Source: Takakia lepidozioides
Lineage: Eukaryota > Plantae > Bryophyta
Direction: 5' to 3'
DNA: 64,000 nucleotides
NCBI GenBank assembly: GCA_030704615.1
Contig: CM060734.1
Span: forward strand, 22,630,001 to 22,694,000
Positions 1 to 12,575 of the stretch are shown here, one piece after another. Below the pieces are notes generated by a model that saw only the letters and a program-made list of their open reading frames with translations, was not told where the DNA came from and did no database searches. Made by a program: the position numbers and the translations under genes. The stretch's first letter is position 1; every line of letters starts with the position of its first letter.

Positions 1-3000
1 GCTTTCACACCCGTGGAAGACAATCACTATCTTAATGGTAGCCATGTACAACCCTCTCATTTCCTGCACACGTTCCTTTGCTATTATTTTAATTCTTTTC
101 CCAAGAGGGTATTCAGTTGCACTGTTGTGACTTTGTTTTTGCATGTCATGTGCAGAAGCAAAAGTCGTCACTACTCCACCCCCTCTCATTTCCAACAATT
201 TCGCTACGCTGTGAGCCACTCTCCCTCTCATTCTCTCATGCCACTTAGGCTGCCTGCCTGCCTTGGTACAGATTCTCTACCATTGAGGACGAATACATGG
301 ACACGCAGGCCATATCATCTTGTATGGCCTCTCTCTCTCTTTTCCCCCTTTGTGGCCCCATAAAGTTTCTGTCTTATGTACATTATATGTTTAATGTTAT
401 TTCTTATCATTTCATTTCTGGCCTAGGATGGTCATTCTTGTTTTTTCCTTCTTCTATCTCATTTCTGAATCAGTTGGACGCTTGTAGATTTCTCACCTTG
501 AGCCAGTACATTGTTGGACGAAAGAAATGTTGTTGAACCATGATTTCATATTTTATTTTATGTGAAGCCAAAGCAGGTGCAAGATATTTCAAGGCAGTTT
601 GTCGGTCAGTGCTGAAAGAGCAGGGGTAGAGTGTGGGCACAGATTCATCCAAGAGGGCCAGATTTCCAAGCACAAGATTACCTATGATTCCTTGTGGATC
701 AATAGCTACAAGAAACCTGCATGGGTAGATGGTCAACTAAAGGCAGCAGCTGCAGCGGCACAGTTGATAAAATCAGGCACCTCACCCATGACCACAGCTT
801 CTGGAAGAGGGTCAAGAGAGGGAGTCCACAATGCCTCTTCTGGCACTTCTGTGTTGGGCTGCATTGCACAGCCTGTCCTCTGCCTCCTTGGCCCTGGCTC
901 TTAGTCACCCGAGTCGCATTTCATCCATGGTACAGAATACGTGGATGAACTTGGATGAAAAAGTTTCCTGAAGCAAAAGTTTGCGGGCCGGGGTCAAGCG
1001 TGCGGAGAAATTTACGGCACTCAAAAATAATAAAACCTGCGCAGTAGGGAATTTTTTGAAGGCCGGGCTATCCCTAGTTTTGTGTGGATTAGGGGTGTCC
1101 AGCGTGTTGACCCGCGCACATGGCAGGTACAGGCCGCCAGGCGCCGGCGATGGAATTGAGTGGGGCTGCATGGTCGCCCGTGTGGACAGTGGATCCCACC
1201 CGGATCTGCCTATGCAGGGTGGCGGGCATTCAGCCCGGTGACGTTTCGCGCGTTTTCTTTCTCGCTCTTGTCTTTTTCACTGGGCTCTCTTGCAGCTTCA
1301 AGCGTTTTTCCCTTTGGCCATGGTCTCATCTACATTGTGCTTTTCTTTCTTGTGTTCATTGAAACCCTAGCGCATTTATGCGCACACCTGCCGCTGTCTG
1401 CCCATCTTCTAGCCCGTAGTTCTAAGTGACCGCATTGTATACTCAACGCACGTGTGCATTTGTGCTCTGCGTTTTGGTTTAGTGCAGCTCGGCCCTATTT
1501 ACAGCTCCAGGTTTCTGAGCCTTCACATTTCTGCTAGGGGGCATACAGATGAGGGCAATGTTGGCGGAGCTGTGGAGTTACTGACCTGTCTGTCTGTGTA
1601 ATTTACTGTGCAGTCTGTGAATTTATGGTTTGCCGGTCTTGAAAGTTGTTTGGTATATGTGGGGCTGCTAGGGTTGGGTGCAGGTTGCAATGGCCCCAAA
1701 GTGGAAGAGGTTGGAGGCTGCTGAGCCACCACCACCAGGTCCACATCTTCAAAAGGCACTGGAAATCATTTCTTCTTGGGCTTTAGAAGAGCAACATAGC
1801 ACTGAGAGACAGTTGAGTGAGATTATTGGTTGCTTGACACCTGATTATTTGCTTTCCTTGCCTGCTCCACCTCATGCCAACTGTTGGCCAAAGCACCCGC
1901 GTGCACACAATTATCGTTTTCTTCTTAGAAGACAGGTTGCTTTACTTCTTGGTTGGAGGGAAAGACGAGAAGAGGGGGACCCTGAGGGCTTCGGTGAGGC
2001 TGTCAATTCCGTGCTTAGAGAGGTGTGTGGCCTGATGCCGACAGTTAAACAAATGAGGGACTTGGCTCGTACCAACCGGCCTCTTCCTGCAAGTGTGACT
2101 TCACCTCGCTCGAGGTGTACAGTGAGGAGCAATTGTTGCGCACCTCACTTCGGTAAGCTCCCCCTCAAGTCATAGTTACTCGCTTTGATGCGCGCGCTGA
2201 TGACTCCCAACTGGCCGCCGGGCCAACTTGGAGCTTCGGCTGCTCACCGGGGCATAACGTCCCACTTGTTCTCCAAGAACCCTCCACGATTTGGAACCAG
2301 CGGGAATTCCCTTTGGTAGTTGGCAGTCCGGAACAGCTCCCCACTCTTTGGTCGCTTTCCGGCTCGCTCGCTTACTCACTAGTTTTTGGTCACCAACGGG
2401 CTGCATCGTTCTCGGGGTTTACTACTCCCTATAATACTTCTGTAGCTGTCCGCGGGGGTTTCACAACCAGCCATGCCATTTTATGGCGAACCACCACGAA
2501 AAAACCTCGACTCCCGGTGATGAGTCGCGGTGAGTTCTTGGCCCACTCACCACGGGCCCCTATGGACCGTGATGAGTCCCAAGACGCCCCACGACTCCCA
2601 CCACGAGGTCTCCGCCCCCATAGGTGAGTCCTATGCCACCCCACTAAGTCCCGCTAAGCTACCACCACCCCTGTGGAGACACCCCACCGCAACCCGGTGT
2701 GCGGGCTCCACTAGTGAGCGCCTCCGCTTCCCTGAGTGCCTTGGGCACTCAAGGGTGCTTCAGCCCCCCATACCTATCGCTGCCGCTGACCCACCACAGG
2801 GGCAGCCCCCTCATGTGTCCCGACCCCCTGCCCTCAAGGCAAAGGGCCGCGACAGCAATTGTAATGGTGTGGGCAATTCTGTACTAGGGCATGTGCTTTC
2901 CAGTGTTAGTTGCTTTCCTGTGACTGTCCGAGACAAAATGCCTTTGGGTGAAGTAGATTCCAACAGCATGGGAGGAAACGAATTCTCTTGCACTTCACCT

Positions 3001-3062
3001 GCACGGTTGGCACATCTTGTGCATGATGACACTGCCTTGGATCCTATGTATGACTTTGCAAA

Positions 3063-3616
3063 CGAGGATTGATGGGACCACGATGGATGTTGACATGACG
3101 GATGAGCCGTCTGAGCCCGAGCAATCTTTCAACGACTTGTTTGCACCCCAAACATGGGAATGCAAAGAGACCACTTTCAGTGGCGATAGATCTGGTTTTA
3201 CTGGCCCACCACCAGGGCCACGATTCCTGCCCATGAGAGATGATTGTTTGTGATTTTACGTTCATCTCTTTTGGTGGCATGCAGTTCTTGCTCGCATATG
3301 CAGGGAGACGAACAAATATGCAGCCGAACCTTTGAGGAGTGGAACTCGAGGAGGTCATGGGTGGAAAGTACTCTTTGTGCCTAAATTACGTGCCTAGATT
3401 GGGGTGTGTCTATTCATGGGCATGAAGAAATTACCTAACACATGATGCTAGTGGCAGCAAAGTGGAACATTCTTCGTATGCCCTGTCATCAGAAAAATGA
3501 TGACTAGAGATAGGTACAAATCCATTTGAGATGTTTGCATCTGGTTGACAACATAACCTTGGTGTCTGATCGCACAAACCCACAATACGACAAGCTAGGG
3601 AAAGTCAGGTTGGCAT
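3063..3616 (+). pseudogene. piggyBac-like transposase fragment (N-terminal part, frameshifted)
   Basis: Pieced translation FTGPPPGP...LFW..VLARICRETNKYA...LRCLHLVDNITLVSDRTNPQYDKLGKVR matches the piggyBac/PGBD pattern F.LF...I..ETN.YA and R.LH..DN...DK..K.R; broken by stops and frameshifts. Confidence 0.6.
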
Positions 3617-4037
3617 GTGATAAGGGGGGGTGCACTTAGGTCAGCTGTACCTATCACGTGCGTGAACAGAAGGGGGTTAATTAAATACCCCCACATACAG
3701 ACTACGTATATATAAATGGGCTGGAAAATTCCCAAATATATATATATATATATATATATTTGGGGGAGGATACAGATGTTCGTATGTAGCATACTGGTAA
3801 GGGCTCTACCTGCCCATCGCGGGATCAAATCTCTTTTGCGTCGTTTTTTTGCGTTTTTGTTTTTTTTTTTTTTTCCCGCCTCATGCACCAAGCCCTATCA
3901 TCCACTAAGCCGCTGCGCATACGTCCTCGTCCTCCTTGCTGCTGCTCTCACCTTCTGCTGCGCGCTCTTGGCTCCTGTTGGTATTCTTCCTGATGTTTAC
4001 AAGGTTCTTGGGAGAGTAGGTTGGTCTTAGCATGCCG

Positions 4038-4552
4038 TGTAACAATCTTTGTCTGCTCAGCTGCACCGTGGTGGTTCTCACATACCAATCCGACAGTACC
4101 TAATTACAAACACAAGCAACTCACACAAGAGGTCCTTTTGGGTTGATGGTCGGTCAAATCCTCCATGGGTCTTGACACAAAGGTCAAGGACAATGTGGTG
4201 AGGGCCATTCTTGGTCAAGTTATTTTACCACTAGTGTGAAACTAGCTAGGAAATAGCTATATTTTACATATTGACATTGGGATTGGCCCAAGTGTCAATC
4301 CAGGGGTCAAGGCACAGATTTAGGCCCTGGAGTGGTTATCTTCACGGCAAGCGCGGGAGGCTAATCTTCTCGAGTTGAGCCTCACCGCGCCTAGCTATGC
4401 GCCGTAGTGTGGATTCCCCATGGCGTGGGGTGCACTTGGCTTGACTGTATTGAGTGATGAGGTTATATATGCATGAGTTTATGCTTCAGCTTTGTGAGCT
4501 CGCATGAGCTTGTGCTTGTATTCTTCTTCTTTATCACTCGAGAAAGATGAGC
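4038..4552 (+). mobile_element. Diverged LTR (about 4038-4536) plus self-priming PBS (4537-4552) of a relative of the Gypsy family below
   Basis: 4213-4536 aligns with the A segment at 35710-36066, with the same hairpins, TTATCTTCACG, CTCGAGTTGAGCC and the TTTATCA end. It is followed by CTCGAGAAAGATGAGC, near-complementary to 4360-4374. The 5' start at TGTAACA is tentative. Confidence 0.6.
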
Positions 4553-5989
4553 TCGTATCTATGAGTGCTAGATACGAGTTAGTTGTAGCACTTGTGGTTT
4601 TGCTTGAGAATGAGAGAAACCAAGTTGTTATGCAAGGAGCACCGTGGAGCTCTTGTTGTTAGAAGCGGAGGCGATGTGGGTTACGAGGTGGTAAACCTTG
4701 GCATTCGATCTTCAGCTTCAGAGATGAAAGCACCTACTGTAGGTAATTCCAGAGCACCTTGATGGTTTCAGATTGTGTACATGCATGAGCAAGCACGATT
4801 GGGAAGAGGACAGCCAGCAAGAGCAGGTTATAGTGGCTTTGGTGGCAAAGCTGAGAACTGGACTGGGAATGCGAGCTGTCATTGTGTGAAGGATTGCAAG
4901 ACAAGCGAAAGGGCTGATTTGGCTTGGGGCAAATCAGTGCACTTTGTGGAGTATGGTGAGATTGGGTTCAATCTCGAGCTTCAGCATTGAGAGGGCTCTT
5001 GTCATGGCAAGAGCAGGGCTGGAAGGAGCTAAGAGGTGCGGCACGGCAAGGCCATGGAATGTGCACCTAGGGTTTCAGAGCTTGGAAGAAGAGCTCTTGC
5101 ACCACAAGAGAGAAGTGTCTTGTGGCTGGAAATGTAAGCCTTAGGGTTTCAGGAGCTTGGCAAAGGCTATGGAGTGCTTAGTCTTGTCTTAGAGAGCATC
5201 AAGGAGCCAAGGAGCCAAGATAGGGGGCTGATATCTCTTGTGTGAAGAGGTTGCATGTGTGGAGCAGGTATTCAACTCATTGAAGCTTCCACATTCAAGC
5301 TTGGAGGGCAAGCAAGGAAGTGGGAAGGGCTAACTTCCCTTATGTGAGGAAGGGGCTGGTTTCCCTGTAGGGCATGTAGAGCATGCTTTCAGCCTGCTGA
5401 AGCTTGTATTTTTCAGGTTTGTGGGTGCAAGAAATGAAGCAAAGGAGCTGATTCTCTTATGGTGAGAGTGGGGCATGTGTGGGGAGTGCCTTCAGCCCAT
5501 TGAGGCTCTTGTTTTCAAGCCTTAGAGAGAGCTAGAACGGAAGGTCTAGGGCTGGTTTCACTTGGAGTGAAAGAACAGCACGTGAGGCCTATGTGAGTTG
5601 GGGTTTCAACTTCAAAGATTGAAGGGAGCGCAACTCTTGAAGCAACAGGTTGTAGAGGGCTGGAATAGGCTCTAAGACAGATGCTATGGCCAATGAGGGG
5701 GAGTGCTGTTGAATGAGTGCTCACAAGGGCTGGGAACCAGCAGGGCTTGGTTGTTTGCCATTGAGTTTAGTGGCGTGTTTGGGAGGCTAAGTGAGAAAGA
5801 AGGCTTGGTTTGTGGCAAACACCTCATGGCTTAGGGCTACTATGGTGGTGTGTGGGAGCCGAAAGAGCAAGGATACCTTGCTGATTTCCTAACAGCCACC
5901 ATAGCTCGGTGGAAAGAAAAGCCTAGAGTCCAAGAGACACAAACCCTAGCTGGCGGGGCTAAACCCCTTGGAGAATGGCTAAACTGCAG

Positions 5990-6436
5990 AGCGGCCATGT
6001 GTGGGGCCGTGTGTGGTGTGTGTTGTGTGTGCTTGTGCTTGTGAAGGCTGTGCAAGGGGGGCTGGTGCTGTGGCAAGTGTGACAGGCTGTGATGGGCTGA
6101 GTGGGTAAGGCTGTGACGGGCTGTGCCCAGTGGCCTTTGGGGCTCATGTGACGGGCTGATGGGCCTGAGGCCTGTGGGCTAATGTTGTGACGGCTGTGAC
6201 AGGCTGTGCCCAGTGGCCTGTGGGGCTGTGACGGGCTGTTTGTGACAGGCTGTGATGGGCTGTTGTTGTGATGGGCTGTGACAGGGTGCCGTGCCCTGTG
6301 GGGCTGTGACGGGGCTGGTGTGACAGGCTGTGCCTGAGGCCTTTGGGGCTGTGACGGGCTGTGGAGGGGGCTGTGCATGCTGTGCCATGGGACAATGTGG
6401 GGCTTCTGTGAAGGGCGTGTTTTGTATTGAAGTGTT
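5990..6436. repeat. Degenerate GGGCTGTG(AC) minisatellite
   Basis: Many ggctgtga/gggctgtg units running into the assembly gap. Confidence 0.75.
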
Positions 6437-6936
6437 NNNNNNNNNNNNNNNNNNNNNNNNNNNNNNNNNNNNNNNNNNNNNNNNNNNNNNNNNNNNNNNN
6501 NNNNNNNNNNNNNNNNNNNNNNNNNNNNNNNNNNNNNNNNNNNNNNNNNNNNNNNNNNNNNNNNNNNNNNNNNNNNNNNNNNNNNNNNNNNNNNNNNNNN
6601 NNNNNNNNNNNNNNNNNNNNNNNNNNNNNNNNNNNNNNNNNNNNNNNNNNNNNNNNNNNNNNNNNNNNNNNNNNNNNNNNNNNNNNNNNNNNNNNNNNNN
6701 NNNNNNNNNNNNNNNNNNNNNNNNNNNNNNNNNNNNNNNNNNNNNNNNNNNNNNNNNNNNNNNNNNNNNNNNNNNNNNNNNNNNNNNNNNNNNNNNNNNN
6801 NNNNNNNNNNNNNNNNNNNNNNNNNNNNNNNNNNNNNNNNNNNNNNNNNNNNNNNNNNNNNNNNNNNNNNNNNNNNNNNNNNNNNNNNNNNNNNNNNNNN
6901 NNNNNNNNNNNNNNNNNNNNNNNNNNNNNNNNNNNN
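6437..6936. other. Assembly gap (500 N)
   Basis: Run of N. Confidence 1.
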
Positions 6937-6939
6937 TTG

Positions 6940-9900
6940 ACCTCTGTTTTTTGGGCTTTGTGGGGGGGGGGCAGTGTTGCGCTGCAGGTCTATTGTCCCA
7001 TTTTGTAACATGCCGTGGCAGGTGGATCCAGAGCTGCGTGTTCTGGAGTGCCCTAATGGAACCTGTCGAAAGGTGGTTGGTTAATGTTTTGATCCACAAA
7101 ATTGAACAGTCAATTGCAAGAATTGACAAATATCTTGTTTAAGCCACCTGGACTGACAATCTCGATTTAGATTTTCTCTTAAGTAAACATTGTCTCAAAG
7201 TTCTATATCACTTATGAGACAGTAATGGTGTCAAGTTTTCAGTCCTGTATATATTCAACATCATGAGGATAGGCTGACCCTGCTCATAAGTCAGGAGAGA
7301 AGGAAGGGGTGAAATCCTGGTGCGTCCATGTCTTGGATGTGAGTAGGAAAGTGCGATTTGTGTGACTGGTTTGTCTACAAGTAGATGGGTGAAAGGAAGT
7401 CCCCATTGAGTGTGAATTTGAGGGTGTATTATGTTTTCCCATGCATCCTGTATTCTTTGCAAGGAGCCCAGTCATCTGCCGCTTCACTGTGAAGAAGCTG
7501 AGAAGGTGTGTATTGACCAGCTGTGCACTGTATTAGTCGCTTTTTCTTTCAGTAAACTCCTGAAAGTGGAAAGGTTTTACCACTTTCTGCACTCAAACAG
7601 TAAGGGAAGAAGAAAATTAAGAATTCTTGGTCTAGGTTTCACCTTCTAGTTTTTCTCCTCTGTAACTGACCTCCTCAGCAGATGTTCTTCCATTCACCGC
7701 CACATGGACTACATTTCAAACAAACAAACAAATTCAATTCAATTTGTGGAAGCTTCAAATCTCAATAATACATATGCTTTTTTGGTTCTTCCATGCGAGT
7801 TCCGAGTTTGACTTCTTGATTGCACACCATCAGTCTGGTCATATTTCCCTCTCCCATCATGAGGTGTTGATTTCTGTATCCAAGGGATGCAGCCCAACAT
7901 GATTAAATGTAACTGGATGTAAAATTTTGGAGGCCTGCATTGCTGAAAGGTGCTGTCTGCCACATGGTTTACAATCAAGCTCATATGTCGTGTTGGTTTC
8001 CATGTGAAAGTGGGAGTGTTTGCACCCACCTTTTCAAAGTAGAAAAGGCTAGGGGCTGCGTGCTGAAAATCAATTGTTTGTTTGCTGGTGAGGTTATGCA
8101 GAAGTCTGAGACCTGTCTTAGGAGGTGAATTGAGGAGGTAAGCTAGTTCACCAGAAGTTTTCTTGACTTCCGAGTACCTAGGATCAATATACCTGCATTG
8201 AGATAGGCTAGACGACAGGTCTCTGTTTGTTTTTTTGTAATGTGTTCCTATGCTGACCTTTTTCAAGTTAATGACTTACCTAACTTTCTGTTCAATGTGC
8301 CATTCACTTATCTTCCCACAGTTCGGAAGTTGGAAATCAATACTGAGATTGTTTGTTCATTTGTGCAGCTCATGACGAAAGCTGTTATAAGAGAATGGAA
8401 TTCTTAGAGCAGAGTTGGTGAAAAGTGATGGCTGCAATAAGGTATACCTATCAACAACATTGTATGGCTCCAAAAGAGCTCCATGAAGTTAGAATGTACT
8501 CATAAGATGTTGTTTGCCGTAGTGTTCCATGAAGTTCGGGTTGACACTGCAGAGGGCCATCCTCGGGATACTGGATATCTTCTTCCAGCTAGACTTAGGA
8601 GCATTGGTTGCTGCATCAACCGATCGAGTTGCACTGTCCTTGTCTACCTTGTTACCACTTTTGAGGGGATTTGAACCCAGTTCGGTCGGTGGAGGATGGT
8701 GGTTTTGAAAAGTTTTTAATTTGGGAACTCTAACTCTCTCCAAAGAGGGAGAGTGGATGGTTTTCTGTGGTTTTCCAAATTTATTTTCCTCTAATTAAGA
8801 GAGTCGTTGACTCTCAGAGGTGAAAGGTCATATGAACGGCATAGGGGAATGTGTCTATCTGCAGCTGTTTTGTGCATTCTGATGCATCTTCTGACCCTTG
8901 ACATAGTTGTCTGTTCTTAGGTGACGTGCAGATGTGGACAGACCATGTGCTACGTGTGTCGGAAGTCAATTCAAGCCAATTATTCGCACTTCTGCCAGGT
9001 TACTTGCTCTGTTCTCTTCCTGTGCTTACAATGGCATTGGATGTAATTTCAAAACACATTTTACTGTCAAACCATCTGGAATATCTCAGTGCTGTGTTGC
9101 ATTGCTGAGGTTCATCTGGAAACAGGGGCAGTGTGTCCCGAAAGAGGGAGGGATTAGGTTACGTTGGAACGGCAGTTTGCCCCCTGTCTGGCAAGGATCC
9201 CAGTAGTGTATTGTTCTGCTCTTGCTGTGCTTTAAAGCTTGTATCAACTTTTTACTCTTTCAGTCCACTGCATTGAAGGTCGAATTATCAAGAAAGTGAC
9301 GAAGCTCCTCTACTCTCTACTTATAGAGGGTTGTGTGTCTTGTTCACAGCATACACGGGAAGTGTGAGCTGTGTCATCTGTGGGAACAGGTAACTGCCAC
9401 TTAATTTGTCAGGATCATTGGAAGAATCTGGAATTACAGTGACCCCACCGTGGACTTGTTGAAACCTTCTGTTGCCGAACAGTGCCCTTGACCTTCTGCT
9501 GCTTTTGTTGATAGAATGTACTGTCAAGTGTCAGGAGGAGCAGCAGGAGGTGGTGAATGCTGCCAAAGAAGCAGCAATGAAGGAGATTGCTGACAAGGAG
9601 CCAAGTTTGTTGAAGCGCCCAATTGGACCCAAGCCAGAGCCACCGCCTAAAAAGCGTCTCCGCCAGCCCACCAACCTCCGTTCCTGCCCGGCCACCCTAT
9701 ATATAACCCACCTTTCCCACTTGAAAATTTGGCTCAATATGCCCAAGCCATGGCCGATGCTGCCATGAATGGCAACATGTTTGATTAATTTGCTCCAAGA
9801 GCTCCATTTGGCCTTCCACTGGTTGTATTGCCTAGAAATGATGAGACAAAAGAGCACATGTGCGCCAACAGATTTTTTCAGACTTGTTTGGAGGGATTGT

Positions 9901-11490
9901 ATTGTAGCTTATACCAATACTTGCGGAAGAAATGGTTGTGCGACTGTGCATCGGTTTCTGTGGGTTCAATTTTTTGGCCATTCTTTGAGAGAAGATGTCA
10001 TTGGTTTTAATGTTTTGAGGTTGTTAAACCATTAATAAATTCGTTCAATTTGAACCCTCTCTTCCCTCTTGGCAGCTATCCTTAAAATTATGAGGAAGTT
10101 GTGCTTTTTGTTAAGGCTGTTTGAAGCTCGTGTGGCAAACAAAGGGAGCAAAGTAGTGGCTAAGCAACATAGGAGATAATCTGGGAGTTGAATCAAAAGT
10201 GGCCATTCCAAGCATCCAATGGTTATATCGAATTGCCTGCTACAGTTTACAGATTTTCTAAATAGGTTAGTGAACTTGAGACTTGGGGCCTTTAAGTGAT
10301 GGATTGAAAGGCCTTCCAAGGCAAGATCAGAGTTTTCGGCATTCACATTCACAAGATTCAACATAATGCACTGTATGACTAAAGTCTGTGTCTGAGCTGC
10401 GTGGGGGTAACCAGCACTGCTGCTGGTTCCTATATTGCTATCACCTAGTTGAATGAATGCAAAAAGAAACCACAAAGGAGATAACATGGCTTTTGTAGGG
10501 AAGGCATCTCTTCCATGTGTCGTGTGCAAAACATCAGATAAAGCGATTTTCAACCCAACCCTTAACCCGTAAGGGCCAAGGCCCGTTTTGGGTTTTGATG
10601 AAGTAGCCTCATGATGCTATGAGTGCACGGTGGCCATGTCGGTCGCTACTGCAGGCACTGAGGGCACCTCGTCTGATGCCAAAAACGTCCCCGTTGATGG
10701 CAATGGAACCCCCATTGCCGCCAAAGATGCCATGAGTTGTGATTTCTCTTCAGGAGAGGCTAGAGTCCAACTGCCATTGGCCAAGGTTGCACCAGTGAGG
10801 AGGCCAAATGCGAGGCCCTTCTTGGCCGAGGACTGGCCACCAATGGAGGCATCATGGACATGAGAGGGAGAGGCTTGGGATGCAAGAGATGGATCATGCC
10901 ATGAAGAACTCCCAAATCTTTCACATGGCATGTCCTTCTACCCTACTTCCCCACCCCTGATCAGACCCCTCTCCGCCCTCTCTCTCTTTTTTGTGCCTTG
11001 ATCAGTTCATTCCATTGACGTGTCATAACATTCCTAACCTCAGTGGATGGAGAAGGGCCATCCAGAATATCAAGTTGGCCCTTCCTAGGACCATCTTGAA
11101 TAATCTTTATATTACCCGCATAAATGCTTCTAAGGAAGGAGACTGTAAGGACGTTGTAAGCCTAGGTGTACTAACTGTAGGCCCAACGAAAGAGGATTCG
11201 ACAGTATGAGTATTATGGGGCATAGGATCAGAAACAAGCGCAACACGGGCTTCGCCCAAGATTGGGGCATCAACATGTATAGGCTGGGGAGGGGGGGCCC
11301 CTTGAACTGTCAGGCTCAGTAGATGTAGGAGCAGGCAAAGTAGTGGGAGGCTGAGGTTTCGAACCAGATTTCTTCCGTGCACTTGAACGCTAGGGATTGG
11401 GTTCCGGTTGTTTCCTCCTCTTTCCAGGCGTCTTTTTCCGAATTCTTGCCCATGGATTTGAAATGCACTGCAACATATCAATTCCAAGAA
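6940..11490 (-). mobile_element. Highly degenerate LINE (L1-like) remnant: endonuclease ~10030-10590, RT ~7700-8760
   Basis: Minus-strand remnants in LINE order: LVNVNAEN and RVQIERIY (APE endonuclease NVYAP and RIDR-like), TITLL..QILSK (RT), HVADST (FADDT-like), LGCIP (YLG.P-like). Many stops and frameshifts; boundaries approximate. Confidence 0.5.
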
Positions 11491-11785
11491 ATCCTAAAGC
11501 ATTCATATGTATAGTTTTACATATATTTTTGTAAAACAAAACATGCATTCTAATAGTTCTTCATTATCATGTGAGATAAATCACAAAGGACAAAGAAATT
11601 AACGTTAACATGAAAGAAGCCCAAAGAAACCCAAAAAAAAAGCACACCAATTAAACACCATGGGATAAAAGAAAACATACAAAATGGCTGTAATGCATAA
11701 TTACCATCAACTAGAACTAACACTATAATTATAAGAGCAAATAAGAAAAAGAAAAAGAAAAAACTACTGAGGAATTCCAACGTTT

Positions 11786-12575
11786 ATGGGTCTTCAGGGA
11801 TCTGATCCTGATCGCCATCTTGCTCAGTTTATGACGGCTTGTATTGCTAATAATACTCGGACAGAAGACTGGTGGCGGACGATGTTTCCCGCTACCTTGC
11901 TTGAATTGGCGTTCCAGTGGTATGATCGCCGGCCTCATGGTGATTGGATGACGTTGAAACTGCCTTTCTAACTCAATTCCGGCCTTTGGGTTTTACCGAT
12001 CCTCTGCGTGAACAATTGACTAAAATTCAAATGGTGGCAGGGGAATCGGTCGATTCCTTGGTAGGACGGTTGAAGGATATTCTTCGACAATGGAATAACC
12101 ATAATATTCCTGATCATATGCAGATGGGCTTTTTATGGAAGGGATTGATCCCCCAAGAATTGAAACGATTTGTTAAAGAAGGTACACCCTCTTGAAGCGG
12201 CTCTGAATCGAGCTAAGTTGTGGAAGACTATAAATGTGACCACTTACATGGTTGCACCCACATCCATGTTTGATACCAATACTTGGTCTCCGCAAGCTTC
12301 TGCTTCTGTGCCATTGGCCGCAGCACCACCTCAAACTCAAAATACTGTGGGGCTGTACGCCCCCTACTTCTTTATAGAATCAATTACCAGTCGGGACAAC
12401 AATGGACCCACAGGAAGGACAGATCGCCGCATTGACTAAACGGATGGAGGAGCTCTCCGTATAATTGGCCTCCAAGAGGGAAGGACGACCAAAACGCAAT
12501 AACCAGAGAACCAATATGTGGTGTGCTACTTGCCAAGTCCATGGCCATTTGGCTAGTGAGTGTCCATTGTCCCCA
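11786..12575 (+). pseudogene. Degenerate LTR-retrotransposon gag with CCHC zinc knuckle
   Basis: DPDRHLAQF...FPATL...AFQWY...W..LK.AFLTQF...QM..GESVDSLVGRL, then CATCQVHGHLASEC; frameshifted. Confidence 0.7.

Noticed and set aside
1678-3072. 165- and 180-aa ORFs as genes
   Set aside because: No recognisable domains; possibly degenerate parts of the adjacent transposon.
4038-4536. 5' LTR of the outer Gypsy
   Set aside because: Far more diverged from 61742-62090 than the outer B copies are from each other; separated by a gap; no matching GTCG TSD.
5959-7142. Long ORFs across 6437-6936
   Set aside because: Artefacts of translating N.
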